Both the position numbers and the translations under genes were made by a program. A stretch of DNA of 38,476 nucleotides, taken from positions 1 through 38,476 of IMG/VR virus record IMGVR_UViG_3300020043_002188. One strand, written 5' to 3'. Positions 5,958-14,617 of this stretch are shown in pieces; position 1 is the first letter of the stretch; the number at the start of each line of letters is the position of its first letter. A model generated the notes under the pieces. That model ran no database searches and had not been told where the DNA came from. It saw only the letters and a list, made by a program, of their open reading frames with translations. Origin of the DNA: a virus (taxonomy: Duplodnaviria; Caudoviricetes).

Positions 5958-8456
5958 TCATTCGTCCATGTCCGGGGTGTACCCCTTGACCAGCTTACGA
6001 TCGTACCCCTTGGCCGTGGCGTGGCGGTAGATGTAGTCAGCGTGGCGCTGCTTGGCCTTGATGACCGTCTGCCGGTAATCCTTGAACATCTCAGGCAGCG
6101 TGGGGTTGATGGCCCATGTGACCTTTTTCTTGTGCAGTTCACTCTCGATCTGCACCGCCCAGCCAGCCTGCTCGATGACCAGCATGGCGTCCATAATCGC
6201 CTGATCCTTCTGCCAGTCGGTCTTGCCCTCCAGTGGCCTGCGGGCCGACCGTTTGAGGCTGCGCAGGTCAATGGTGTGCACCTCGCCGCTGATCTGCACA
6301 ATGTAGTCAATTACCCACTGATCAAACGTGTCGGTGATGACCCCGCCCACCTCGCCCAAGGCGTAGCGGTAGGCCGGGATGATGTACCCGCGCACCAGAC
6401 TGACCACCCTGTGGACAACATCGACTGACACCACGGGGTTGAAGGGCGACTCGATGACGTGGAACATGAGAATCAGACGGCCAGCTAAACCTTCCAACTT
6501 GCCGAAAGCCGTCATGTACTCTGTGCCGCTGTCCAGCACCCGCTCGTCCTGCTTAGCCGACTCATACCACTGCTGGAATTCCCTGAAGGCTGTGTACGCT
6601 TCTGTGGATAACTGGTACGTCTGCACGGGCAGCGCGTAGGTCAGGCGCAGGGTGTTCTCCCATGCCCCGGCGCTGCTCATGTAGTCGGGGATGGGCTGGC
6701 CCAGCTTGGTCTTGCTTCCGCGCAAGATAGCGGGGATGAACCGTTGCAACAGGCCGTCAGCCGACAGCGCGGCCAAATTGGCCTTGAACACTTGGGGCTG
6801 GATGTTGCCGTAGATTGACACAGCAAGGTTCTCGGCATAAATCGACCCAGCGCCCACTCGGTCCATCTCGTAGTGTTCTGACTCGTAACTGACAACCCAC
6901 GCTGACCGGTCCTCGCCGCTGCTCTTGTCTGTCAGCTTGCGCACCCAACTGTTCATCTCATCGAGGTAGCACAGCAGGCCACGGGGCCGGTCTGCCGCTT
7001 GGCGCACCAGCTTCTGACTGGTGATGTCGCTGACTGTGATTTTGAGCGGCACCGGCTGCGTTGACAAGTCGGGCACAAGCGGTGCCTGATCGCCGCCCAG
7101 CATGGCCTCGGTCGACGATGACCACTCTAGGAATGCCTTCTTGGCGCTGGCGTGTTGGGCCTCTTTGCCCTCCCAGTCGAGCAGTTCCTTGCCGTAGCGG
7201 GGCCGGTCCTCGGCCTCGATGTTCTTCAATGGCGACAGCATGGGCCGCGATCCGGGTGACTTCTTGTCCGCTGGGTCGCCCAAAGTCATGAGCCACAGCA
7301 CCGGGGGCACCTTGAACCCCGGCATGAGTTCCAGCCGTGTGCGGGCGTCAATCACCCCGCAGACAGCGGCCAACCCAGCGAACAAAGGGACCAAAGGGTC
7401 ACAGCCCACGCTTTCTGAAATCTCAGTGGATCGGGTCTTGAGGATGCTGGGCCACAGGGACAGGTCCATCTCGGGTGGCTTGGGCCGCAGGCCGTCCATC
7501 ACGCTCAATGGCTCCATCACGGGGATGTCGATCTTGCTGAACAACTCGGACGCATCGGGCATGGGTCGCTGCCACCCGTGCTGCTTGGCAATATGGAACA
7601 GTGTCCCCAACTTGACAGCGGTGGCCTTGTCAGTCTTGAAGCTGATCCACTGCGTCAGAATCTCACGCTCACCGGGGTACTTTGTCTGTGCGGTAGCACT
7701 CCATTCGTTCCACAGTGCCAGCGCCTGCTCAAGCTGATCGGTCTGAGTGCCCGCCCAGTGCAGTGCCATGCCGATGTTCACCCACTCGTCGCGGGTGCAG
7801 TCGGCAGGTACAGCATCAAGGGCTTGCCTGATCTCTTCCCACGAGGCGTCAACCGTGCCGTCTGTGGCGATGGTGCGTTCTTTGTCCTGCGCCAGCATCC
7901 CACTCCACAGGTCCAGCAGGGCTTGGGGGATGACGGGCATCCGGGTCCAGTGGCCGTGGCCCGCCCAGTGGTAGGGCTGGCGTGTCTCGGGGTGGATTGA
8001 CGGGGGCAGCACGTCTTGCACCGTGAGGCCGCTGACCGTGGCGCAGCGCAACTCGTAGGCCGTGATGCCACTGTGCATGATCTTCTTTGAGGGCAGCGCC
8101 GCGCCGAAGGGCATTGCGTACAGCAGCTTGCCGTGCCCGGGCTTGCCCGAGTTGATCACCACGGCATCAGGCGCATCGTATAGGGCTTGCAGGTCGATGC
8201 CGTGCTCGGCCAGCAGACTGGTGGTCACGGTCCAGTTGTCGATGTCAAGGGCCATCGTGCCGCTGTACGCATGGGCCAAGCCGATGCCGTAGCCTTGCGG
8301 CAGATCGCCTTGGGCCTTGAGGGCGTTCTGTTTGAGGTTCCAACCCGGGGTGCGCGGCCCCTTGGTGTTGGCTGGGATGGGGACAAGTGACCAGCCGTGT
8401 CTGATGTAGGCATCAACAGACGCTGGATGTGATTGCACAGTCTGTGGTGCTGTCAT
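5958..8456 (-). CDS. Bifunctional primase-polymerase with PriCT-2 and DUF3987 (YfjI-like) helicase-like domain, 832 aa
   Basis: Prim-pol N-terminus (YIRHGWSLVPI...KGP...ALDID...VLPPSIHP); PriCT-2 (RDEWVNIGMALH...WNEWS...KY); DUF3987 motifs (PPVLWLMTLGDPADKKSP, LDEM, DGLLQRF). Likely start is MTAPQ at 8456. Confidence 0.88.
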   Translation of the reverse strand: MTAPQTVQSHPASVDAYIRHGWSLVPIPANTKGPRTPGWNLKQNALKAQGDLPQGYGIGLAHAYSGTMALDIDNWTVTTSLLAEHGIDLQALYDAPDAVVINSGKPGHGKLLYAMPFGAALPSKKIMHSGITAYELRCATVSGLTVQDVLPPSIHPETRQPYHWAGHGHWTRMPVIPQALLDLWSGMLAQDKERTIATDGTVDASWEEIRQALDAVPADCTRDEWVNIGMALHWAGTQTDQLEQALALWNEWSATAQTKYPGEREILTQWISFKTDKATAVKLGTLFHIAKQHGWQRPMPDASELFSKIDIPVMEPLSVMDGLRPKPPEMDLSLWPSILKTRSTEISESVGCDPLVPLFAGLAAVCGVIDARTRLELMPGFKVPPVLWLMTLGDPADKKSPGSRPMLSPLKNIEAEDRPRYGKELLDWEGKEAQHASAKKAFLEWSSSTEAMLGGDQAPLVPDLSTQPVPLKITVSDITSQKLVRQAADRPRGLLCYLDEMNSWVRKLTDKSSGEDRSAWVVSYESEHYEMDRVGAGSIYAENLAVSIYGNIQPQVFKANLAALSADGLLQRFIPAILRGSKTKLGQPIPDYMSSAGAWENTLRLTYALPVQTYQLSTEAYTAFREFQQWYESAKQDERVLDSGTEYMTAFGKLEGLAGRLILMFHVIESPFNPVVSVDVVHRVVSLVRGYIIPAYRYALGEVGGVITDTFDQWVIDYIVQISGEVHTIDLRSLKRSARRPLEGKTDWQKDQAIMDAMLVIEQAGWAVQIESELHKKKVTWAINPTLPEMFKDYRQTVIKAKQRHADYIYRHATAKGYDRKLVKGYTPDMDE

Positions 8457-8500
8457 AGAATAATCCCGTTGGTGATTGCAGTTGCCGACACTTTGTTCAT
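8453..8500 (-). CDS. 15-aa leader ORF coupled to the primase start
   Basis: AAGGAG-7nt-ATG, MNKVSATAITNGIIL; its TGA overlaps the primase ATG (ATGA). Confidence 0.5.
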   Translation of the reverse strand: MNKVSATAITNGIIL

Positions 8501-8514
8501 TGAGCTTCTCCTTC

Positions 8515-8548
8515 AAAGCCTCGGTCTAACCACCGGGGCTTTTTCTTT
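8515..8548. terminator. Stem-loop in the divergent control region
   Basis: AAAGCCTCGGT-CTAACC-ACCGGGGCTTT followed by TTCTTTT on the plus strand. Confidence 0.55.
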
Positions 8549-8570
8549 TCCAAAAATAATTTCAAACCAG

Positions 8571-8600
8571 TTGCACAATCGTATCACAGTGGTGTACACT
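8571..8600 (+). promoter_or_regulatory. Putative sigma70 promoter of the replication operon
   Basis: TTGCAC-18bp-TACACT with an AT-rich upstream element, just before the RHH gene. Confidence 0.5.
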
Positions 8601-8626
8601 TGCGCCATCGGTCAAGGAAATTATTT

Positions 8627-8839
8627 ATGACATCACCCAAATCCAAATCAGCGTTCATGACTGTCCGAGTGACAGACAAGACGCGCACCAAGTTTCATGA
8701 GAAAGCACGGAAGATCGGAACACCGAGCGAAGTGCACCGTGAAATCGTCGAGGCGTTCGTAGAAGACCGCCTCACAATTCAACCCCCCGTAAACCGTAAC
8801 CCTCTGGAGAAACTTTATGTCACTCGAACTCAAGATTGA
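8627..8839 (+). CDS. Ribbon-helix-helix (Arc/CopG-like) regulator, 70 aa
   Basis: AFMTVRVTDKTRTKFHEKARKIGTPSEVHREIVEAFV has a strand-helix-G-helix pattern; AAGGA RBS. Confidence 0.7.
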   Translation: MTSPKSKSAFMTVRVTDKTRTKFHEKARKIGTPSEVHREIVEAFVEDRLTIQPPVNRNPLEKLYVTRTQD

Positions 8840-9242
8840 AGCCCTGACTGCCGCTGTCACTGCCCTGACCGCACAACTGCAATCCGGCAATGTAGCAGCA
8901 CCCGCACCTGTTGCACCAGCACCGGCCCCTGTGGTACAAGCTGCCCCCGTTGCTGCTGCTCCTGCTCCTGTTGCAGCACCTGCTCCTGTGGTCGCTGCTC
9001 CGACCATGCCAGCGCCTCCCACCTTCGCAGCCCCTGTGGCCGCACCCGCTACCACTGGCGCACCGTTCACTGACCCCAAGGGCTTGATCGACTACGTGAT
9101 GGGTGCCTACAAGGCTCTTGGCCCACAAAAGGGTGCTTTGATTCAAGGCGTCTTGACTGGTCTGGGCTACCAGAACATCAACGATGTCAAGCCCGAGCAC
9201 TATGCTGCACTGCACACTGGCGTTGAAGCCCTGAAAGGTTGA
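8817..9242 (+). CDS. Ala/Pro-rich linker protein of the DUF2800/DUF2815 module
   Basis: MSLELKIEALTAAV N-terminal helix, AP-rich linker and small helical C-terminal domain; GGAG RBS. Confidence 0.8.
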   Translation: MSLELKIEALTAAVTALTAQLQSGNVAAPAPVAPAPAPVVQAAPVAAAPAPVAAPAPVVAAPTMPAPPTFAAPVAAPATTGAPFTDPKGLIDYVMGAYKALGPQKGALIQGVLTGLGYQNINDVKPEHYAALHTGVEALKG

Positions 9243-9244
9243 TC

Positions 9245-9637
9245 ATGAAGAAACTCGTCATTCTTGCTGCAATTGTTGCTGCTTTGACGGGTTGCTCAAA
9301 GGATGCTGACGTGGCATCCCGCAACCTGTCCAATGCCGCCGACATGTTTGAAATCAATCGCCGTGTGGTCTTCTACAACGGCATCAATGGTGAGTACATG
9401 TTGACCGTTGAAGGACTTTGCTCTCTTGGGAACAACGACCGAGCCGGTCAACTGTCCATCACATGCAAAGTCGGCCCCACCTCATACAAGAAGCACTTTC
9501 TCGGACTGTCCGACAACGTGACTTATTTTGTTGAGCAGCTTGAGGCCAGCAAAGTCAGCGCGTACCACTACCGTGTGATTTTCAAACCGCAGTCAATCAT
9601 TCCAGATGTTGATTTTCGTGCTGGGGTTGGTAAATGA
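9245..9637 (+). CDS. Lipoprotein
   Basis: Signal peptide MKKLVILAAIVAALTGC with LTGC lipobox; mature part resembles a recurrent phage lipoprotein family (ADxASxNLSxAADxFEIxRRVVF). Confidence 0.85.
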   Translation: MKKLVILAAIVAALTGCSKDADVASRNLSNAADMFEINRRVVFYNGINGEYMLTVEGLCSLGNNDRAGQLSITCKVGPTSYKKHFLGLSDNVTYFVEQLEASKVSAYHYRVIFKPQSIIPDVDFRAGVGK

Positions 9638-10929
9638 GCGCCCACGCCATGCTGTCCCCATCGAAGCGCAGCCGCTGGGCCTTGTGCCCCGGCAGCATTC
9701 GAGAGGAGGCCAAGTACCCTGACACCGGTAGCGGCCCCGCTGCTGCCGATGGCACACACTCGCACACGCTGCTTGAGCACTGCATCAAGAACGGCTTGTC
9801 GGACCCAATGGATCAGGTGGGGGAAACCTTCACAGGTCACGAGGGCACGTTCAAGGTGGACGCTGACCGCGCAGCCCGGGTCAAGTCGGCCATCGAGTAC
9901 ATCCGCAATCGTTCAATGAACGGTTTGTTCCCGGTGATTTCCGAGCAACGTGTGGACCCCGAGTTCCTGCTGGGTCGCAAAGACCTGTCGGGCACCGTGG
10001 ACTGCCAGATCATCGGCCCTGACTTTCTTGAGTTGATTGACTACAAGGACGGCATGGGTGTGGTGAGTGCCGAGGGCAACATGCAGCTTGAGCAGTACGC
10101 CTACGGTGTGCTGGCTGGCTACAAGCTGCCTGTCAACGGCAACTTCCCGTTTGACCGGGTGATCATGACCATCATTCAGCCCAAGCTGGCGCTGAAGGGC
10201 ATGACGCCGATCACTTCACACGCTGTCACGGTGCGCTCTTTGTTGGACAACGCAGGTACAATCATTGTGCAAGCCGCTGCCACTGACAAACCAGATGCAC
10301 CGCTTGTACCGGGTGAAAGTCAATGTAAATTCTGTCGTGCGAAAGGCTCTTGCGCCGCGCTGGCAGGTAACGTAATGAAGGAGGTAGGAATCATGTTCCA
10401 GCCAGTCGTAACCGAAACACTCGATGTCGCGCAGCAGTCTGCCGATAAAGACCCGGCCCAGATGGACGATGCCCAGATTCGTCAGATCATGGAAGCCGCA
10501 CCCCTGATGCGCCAACTTCTCGAAGCTGTGGAAAAAGAAGCCATGCGCCGCATGGAGTCAGGCATCTCGATCCCCGGCCTCAAACTGGTTAACGGTCGCG
10601 GCTCCCGCGCTTGGGCACTGCCCGAAGCCGAGATGGCCGAGAAGCTGGTCAAGATGGGCATCCCCAAAGGCGCGATTTACGAAACCAAACTCGTCACACC
10701 CGCCAAGGCTGAGAAGCTGACGTGGGAGAAGAAAGACGGCACCAAGGTGTCGTTGACCGAGCGTCAACTCAAACGCATGGATCAGGAGTACGTCAGCAAG
10801 CTGGCGGGCAAACTGACCGTGGTTCCTGAATCTGATGGCCGTCAGGCTGTCATCATGAATGCTGCACCGATGTTCAGTGCAGTAGAAGCAGCACCCGCTG
10901 CCGAATCCCTGCCCTCGTGGCTTTCTTAA
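9634..10929 (+). CDS. DUF2800 Cas4-like PD-(D/E)XK exonuclease
   Basis: HAMLSPS..RWALCPGS, GTHSH, GTVD, IDYKDG, QLEQYA and CKFCRAKGSC. Confidence 0.9.
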   Translation: MSAHAMLSPSKRSRWALCPGSIREEAKYPDTGSGPAAADGTHSHTLLEHCIKNGLSDPMDQVGETFTGHEGTFKVDADRAARVKSAIEYIRNRSMNGLFPVISEQRVDPEFLLGRKDLSGTVDCQIIGPDFLELIDYKDGMGVVSAEGNMQLEQYAYGVLAGYKLPVNGNFPFDRVIMTIIQPKLALKGMTPITSHAVTVRSLLDNAGTIIVQAAATDKPDAPLVPGESQCKFCRAKGSCAALAGNVMKEVGIMFQPVVTETLDVAQQSADKDPAQMDDAQIRQIMEAAPLMRQLLEAVEKEAMRRMESGISIPGLKLVNGRGSRAWALPEAEMAEKLVKMGIPKGAIYETKLVTPAKAEKLTWEKKDGTKVSLTERQLKRMDQEYVSKLAGKLTVVPESDGRQAVIMNAAPMFSAVEAAPAAESLPSWLS

Positions 10930-10944
10930 ACTGGAGTAAATGTA

Positions 10945-11634
10945 ATGTCTGAAATCATCTTTTTATCGAACGTCCGTCTGTCTTTCCCACATCTCGCTGA
11001 ACCACAGCGCCAGATCAACGAGCAGACCGGCAAAGAACGCATCTCGTACAACTGCGAGTTCATCATGCCCCAAGAGCACCCCGGCTTCCAGCAGTTCATG
11101 GCCCGCTACGGTGCCTTGGCACTGGAGAAGTGGAAGGAACACGCTCAAGCTGTCATGGGCATGATCCAGCAGGATCGCAAGACCCGCTGCTTCGGTCGTG
11201 GCGAGGAGAAGGTCAACAAGAAGACCTTTCAACCCTACGATGGCTACGCAGGTCATGTGTTCATCACCGCAGGCCGGGACACCGCGCCTCAGATGATCCA
11301 AGCCGATGGTCAGCCCATCGACCCCACCAACACGATGGCCTACCAGCAGCTTGCCCGCAAGATGTACGGTGGTTGCCGTGTTAACGCTGCCATCAAGCCT
11401 TGGCCGCAGGACAACAAGCATGGCCGTGGCATCCGCTGCGACTTGATCGCTGTCCAGTTTGCTGGTGATGACACAGCCTTCGGTGAAGGCAACGTGGACG
11501 CCTCTGGCATGTTTGGTGCTGTGGCTGGCGCTCCCGCTGGCATGTTCGCCCCGGCTGCTGCTGCACCTGCTGCCGCTATGCCTGCCGCACCGTTTGGTGC
11601 ACCCACGGGCCTGCCTTCGTTCTTCGGCCAGTAA
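10945..11634 (+). CDS. DUF2815 ssDNA-binding protein
   Basis: NVRLSFPHL, YGGCRVNA and IAVQFAGDDTAFG motifs; usual position between nuclease and polymerase. Confidence 0.85.
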   Translation: MSEIIFLSNVRLSFPHLAEPQRQINEQTGKERISYNCEFIMPQEHPGFQQFMARYGALALEKWKEHAQAVMGMIQQDRKTRCFGRGEEKVNKKTFQPYDGYAGHVFITAGRDTAPQMIQADGQPIDPTNTMAYQQLARKMYGGCRVNAAIKPWPQDNKHGRGIRCDLIAVQFAGDDTAFGEGNVDASGMFGAVAGAPAGMFAPAAAAPAAAMPAAPFGAPTGLPSFFGQ

Positions 11635-11641
11635 TTGAATC

Positions 11642-11687
11642 GGGGCCACTGCCTCTGGGGGTTCCCGGGGGACCGGCCAGTGGCCCC
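11642..11687 (+). other. Long intergenic stem-loop before the DNA polymerase gene
   Basis: GGGGCCACTG (11642-11651) pairs with CAGTGGCCCC (11678-11687), enclosing an inner GGTTCC/GGGACC hairpin. Confidence 0.6.
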
Positions 11688-11706
11688 ACCTACACGAGTA
11701 ACCGTA

Positions 11707-13560
11707 ATGAGTAACGACTATGTATTCGACATCGAAACCTATCCCAACGTGTTCACGCTGGCAGTGGAACACGCAGAAGCACCTCTGCACTGGATGTTCG
11801 AGATCAGTGACCTACGCAACGACAGTCGTCAGATCGTTGAGTTCCTCCAGTTCCTCAAGGAAACCGACTCACGCATGGTCGGCTTTAACAACTTGGGGTT
11901 CGATTACCCTGTGATCCACACCCTGATCCGCATGGGTCAAAGTGATGCCAACACGCTGTATCAAAAGGCGATGGCAATCATCAACGCACAGGATGAAGAT
12001 GGTGGCCGCTGGATGCACTCGGTCAAGCCCTCGGACCAGTTCGTCGCACAGATCGACCTGTTCAAGATTCACCACTTCGACAACCGCGCCCGCGCCACCA
12101 GCCTCAAGGTGCTGGAGTTCAACATGCGCAGCGACAGCATTGAAGACCTGCCGTTCCCGGTGGGCACCGTGCTGACCCGTGACCAGATCGAAGTGCTCAA
12201 GCAGTACAACAAGCACGATGTGGCGCAGACCAAGGCGTTCTACTACCACACGCTTGACATGATCCACTTCCGTGAAGAGCTGACGCGCAAATACGCCCGG
12301 GACTTTATGAACCACAACGACACCAAGATCGGCAAAGACTACTTCACCATGAAGTTGGAAGAAGCCGGTGTCGCTTGCTACGACTTCGGCCCGAATGGCC
12401 GCACACCCCGGCAGACCAAGCGCCCAGTGATCCACCTCAAAGACGCCATCCTGCCGTGGATCAACTTCGAGCATCCTGAATTTAACCGGGTAATGAACTG
12501 GCTCAAGGCTCAGACCATCACCGAAACCAAAGGGGTCTTCACGGACCTCACAGCAACCGTCGATGGCTTCACTTTTGTTTTTGGATTAGGAGGCATTCAT
12601 GGCTCAATGGAATCGGTTGTGGTCGAATCCGATGACGAGAACGTCATCATTGATTTGGACGTTACCAGCTACTACCCAAACCTTGCAATCACGAACGGCT
12701 TCCATCCGGCCCACTTGGGTAAAGAGTTTGTCAGCATCTACAAGCACCTGTTCGAGCAGCGCAAGCAGTACCCCAAGAAGTCCGCAGAAAGTGCGATGCT
12801 GAAGCTGGCGCTGAACGGCGTCTACGGTGACAGCAACAACCAGTTCTCGATCTTCTACGACCCGCTGTTCACCATGTCGATCACGCTCAACGGCCAACTG
12901 CTGCTGTGCTTGCTGGCCGAGGGGTTGATGCACATCCCCGGGCTGCGCCTGATCCAAGTGAACACGGACGGCTTGACAGTGCGTGTGCCCCGGGCCAACA
13001 AGATGCTGGTCGATCTGGCCCGCGCTGCATGGCAGACGCGCACCGGGTTGAACCTTGAAGAAGCCGTCTACAAGGCCATGATGATCCGCGATGTCAACTC
13101 GTACATCGGCGTGTTTGAAGACGGCAGCACCAAGCGCAAGGGTGCCTATGAGTACAAGGTCGGCTGGCACCAAAACGCTGGTGGACTGGTGGTGCCCAAG
13201 GTGGCCGAAAAGGTGCTGGTTGACGGTGCACCGATCCGCGAGACAGTCGAGCAGTGGCCTGAGATTATGGACTTCATGCTTCGCACCAAAGTGCCCCGCA
13301 GCAGCCACCTCGCTATTGAGTGGGACGGTCAGCAGCCCCAGAAGTTGCAGAACATAACCCGTTATATAATAACCAAAAACGGTGGGCGATTGTTCAAATG
13401 GATGCCCCCTCTCAAGGGCAAGACCGAGTGGCGCAAGATCGGTGTCGAAAGCGGCTGGGGTGTTCAACCATGCAACAACATTCGTGACGCAGATGGTGTC
13501 GAGATCGACTACGACTATTACATCCGCGAAGTGGAAAAACTCGTACTGGGGCTTGTTTGA
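11707..13560 (+). CDS. DNA polymerase, family B, with 3'-5' exonuclease domain, 617 aa
   Basis: ExoI FDIETY, ExoII GFNNLGFD, ExoIII YNKHDV; motif A DLDVTSYYPN, motif B KLALNGVYG, motif C QVNTDG. Confidence 0.92.
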   Translation: MSNDYVFDIETYPNVFTLAVEHAEAPLHWMFEISDLRNDSRQIVEFLQFLKETDSRMVGFNNLGFDYPVIHTLIRMGQSDANTLYQKAMAIINAQDEDGGRWMHSVKPSDQFVAQIDLFKIHHFDNRARATSLKVLEFNMRSDSIEDLPFPVGTVLTRDQIEVLKQYNKHDVAQTKAFYYHTLDMIHFREELTRKYARDFMNHNDTKIGKDYFTMKLEEAGVACYDFGPNGRTPRQTKRPVIHLKDAILPWINFEHPEFNRVMNWLKAQTITETKGVFTDLTATVDGFTFVFGLGGIHGSMESVVVESDDENVIIDLDVTSYYPNLAITNGFHPAHLGKEFVSIYKHLFEQRKQYPKKSAESAMLKLALNGVYGDSNNQFSIFYDPLFTMSITLNGQLLLCLLAEGLMHIPGLRLIQVNTDGLTVRVPRANKMLVDLARAAWQTRTGLNLEEAVYKAMMIRDVNSYIGVFEDGSTKRKGAYEYKVGWHQNAGGLVVPKVAEKVLVDGAPIRETVEQWPEIMDFMLRTKVPRSSHLAIEWDGQQPQKLQNITRYIITKNGGRLFKWMPPLKGKTEWRKIGVESGWGVQPCNNIRDADGVEIDYDYYIREVEKLVLGLV

Positions 13561-13561
13561 T

Positions 13562-14074
13562 ATGTGGAAAGACGTACTTGATTTTGAAGGCTATGAGGTG
13601 TCGTGTGACGGCAGTGTTCGGTCATGGTTACCGGAACGAAACAACGCACCATCTCCGGCACAACCACGGCTATTGAAGTTCATTGTTACGCCCGGTGGAT
13701 ACCGGCAAGTGAACCTGTACGCAAACGGAAAGCGACGAGTGGTGCGGATTTCGGTGCTTGTTGCCGAAACTTTTCATGGTCCGCGCCCTGCGAATGCCGT
13801 GTTGCGACACTTGAACGGGAATCGTCAAGACGACAGAGCCGTGAATCTTAAGTGGGGCACCACGCAAGAAAACAATGACGACATGCGACGACACGGAACA
13901 TGGGCGCATGGTGAACCCATCCACACATCCAAATTGACTGAGCAGGACGTGCAGCACATTCTGCAAAGTGATGAACGAGGTGTTGATCTTGCGAAACGAT
14001 ACGGCGTTACGCCGGGAAACATTTGCCACATTCGCAAAGGGCGAAGCTGGAATCACATTGAGAGGACACAATGA
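13562..14074 (+). CDS. NUMOD4-HNH homing endonuclease, 170 aa
   Basis: MWKDVLDFEGYEVSCDGSVRS (NUMOD4), RHLNGNRQDDRAVNLKWGT (HNH) and a C-terminal HTH. Confidence 0.9.
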   Translation: MWKDVLDFEGYEVSCDGSVRSWLPERNNAPSPAQPRLLKFIVTPGGYRQVNLYANGKRRVVRISVLVAETFHGPRPANAVLRHLNGNRQDDRAVNLKWGTTQENNDDMRRHGTWAHGEPIHTSKLTEQDVQHILQSDERGVDLAKRYGVTPGNICHIRKGRSWNHIERTQ

Positions 14075-14340
14075 AAGCGCGTGACATTCAAATCGGTGGC
14101 GATCACTACAAGAACATGGGCGTCGAGCCTTGGGATGTGGTTGACACATGGCCCATCGAGCAACGCATCGGGTTCTACCGTGGCGGGGCGCTCAAGTACG
14201 TGATGCGCATGGGCACCAAAGACGAGAACGCCCAAGAGATTCGCAAGGGTGCTCACTACCTGCAAAAGCTGGCCGAGGTGCTGGAGCAGCGCGACATGGA
14301 AATCAAACACGATCTTGATGCGGGGTGCCAAGGTGCTTGA
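14071..14340 (+). CDS. DUF3310 protein (T7 gp1.7/SaV-like)
   Basis: QIGGDHYK...EPWD...GFYRGGALKYVMR...EIRKGAHYL. Confidence 0.85.
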   Translation: MKARDIQIGGDHYKNMGVEPWDVVDTWPIEQRIGFYRGGALKYVMRMGTKDENAQEIRKGAHYLQKLAEVLEQRDMEIKHDLDAGCQGA

Positions 14341-14617
14341 GAGACAAATTGAAGCCAAGGTCTGCGAGTACGCTCGTGACAAGAATGTGCTGGCCTACAA
14401 GTTCACCAGCCCTGCCCGCGCCGCTGTACCTGATCGACTGTTCATTGGACCTGATGGGCGCATGTGGTTCTGCGAGTTCAAGCGTGAGGGTCAAGTGCCC
14501 ACACCTGCGCAGTATCGTGAGCATGACAGGCTGCGCCAGCAGATGGTCAACGTATTCGTGATTGACAACGTGGTCGAGGGTAAGCTGATGATTGACGTGA
14601 TGGTGATGGGATGCTGA
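14333..14617 (+). CDS. VRR-NUC domain nuclease
   Basis: LERQIE...YKFTSP...VPDRL...FCEFKREG...TPAQ; the start (GTG 14333 or ATG 14318) is uncertain. Confidence 0.88.
   Translation: MLERQIEAKVCEYARDKNVLAYKFTSPARAAVPDRLFIGPDGRMWFCEFKREGQVPTPAQYREHDRLRQQMVNVFVIDNVVEGKLMIDVMVMGC

Noticed and set aside
8880-9065. GCT/CCT/GCA-rich repetitive DNA
   Set aside because: Explained by the Ala/Pro linker of the 141-aa protein.
9634-10929. Cas4-like nuclease as evidence of a CRISPR system
   Set aside because: DUF2800 nucleases are routine components of this phage replication module.
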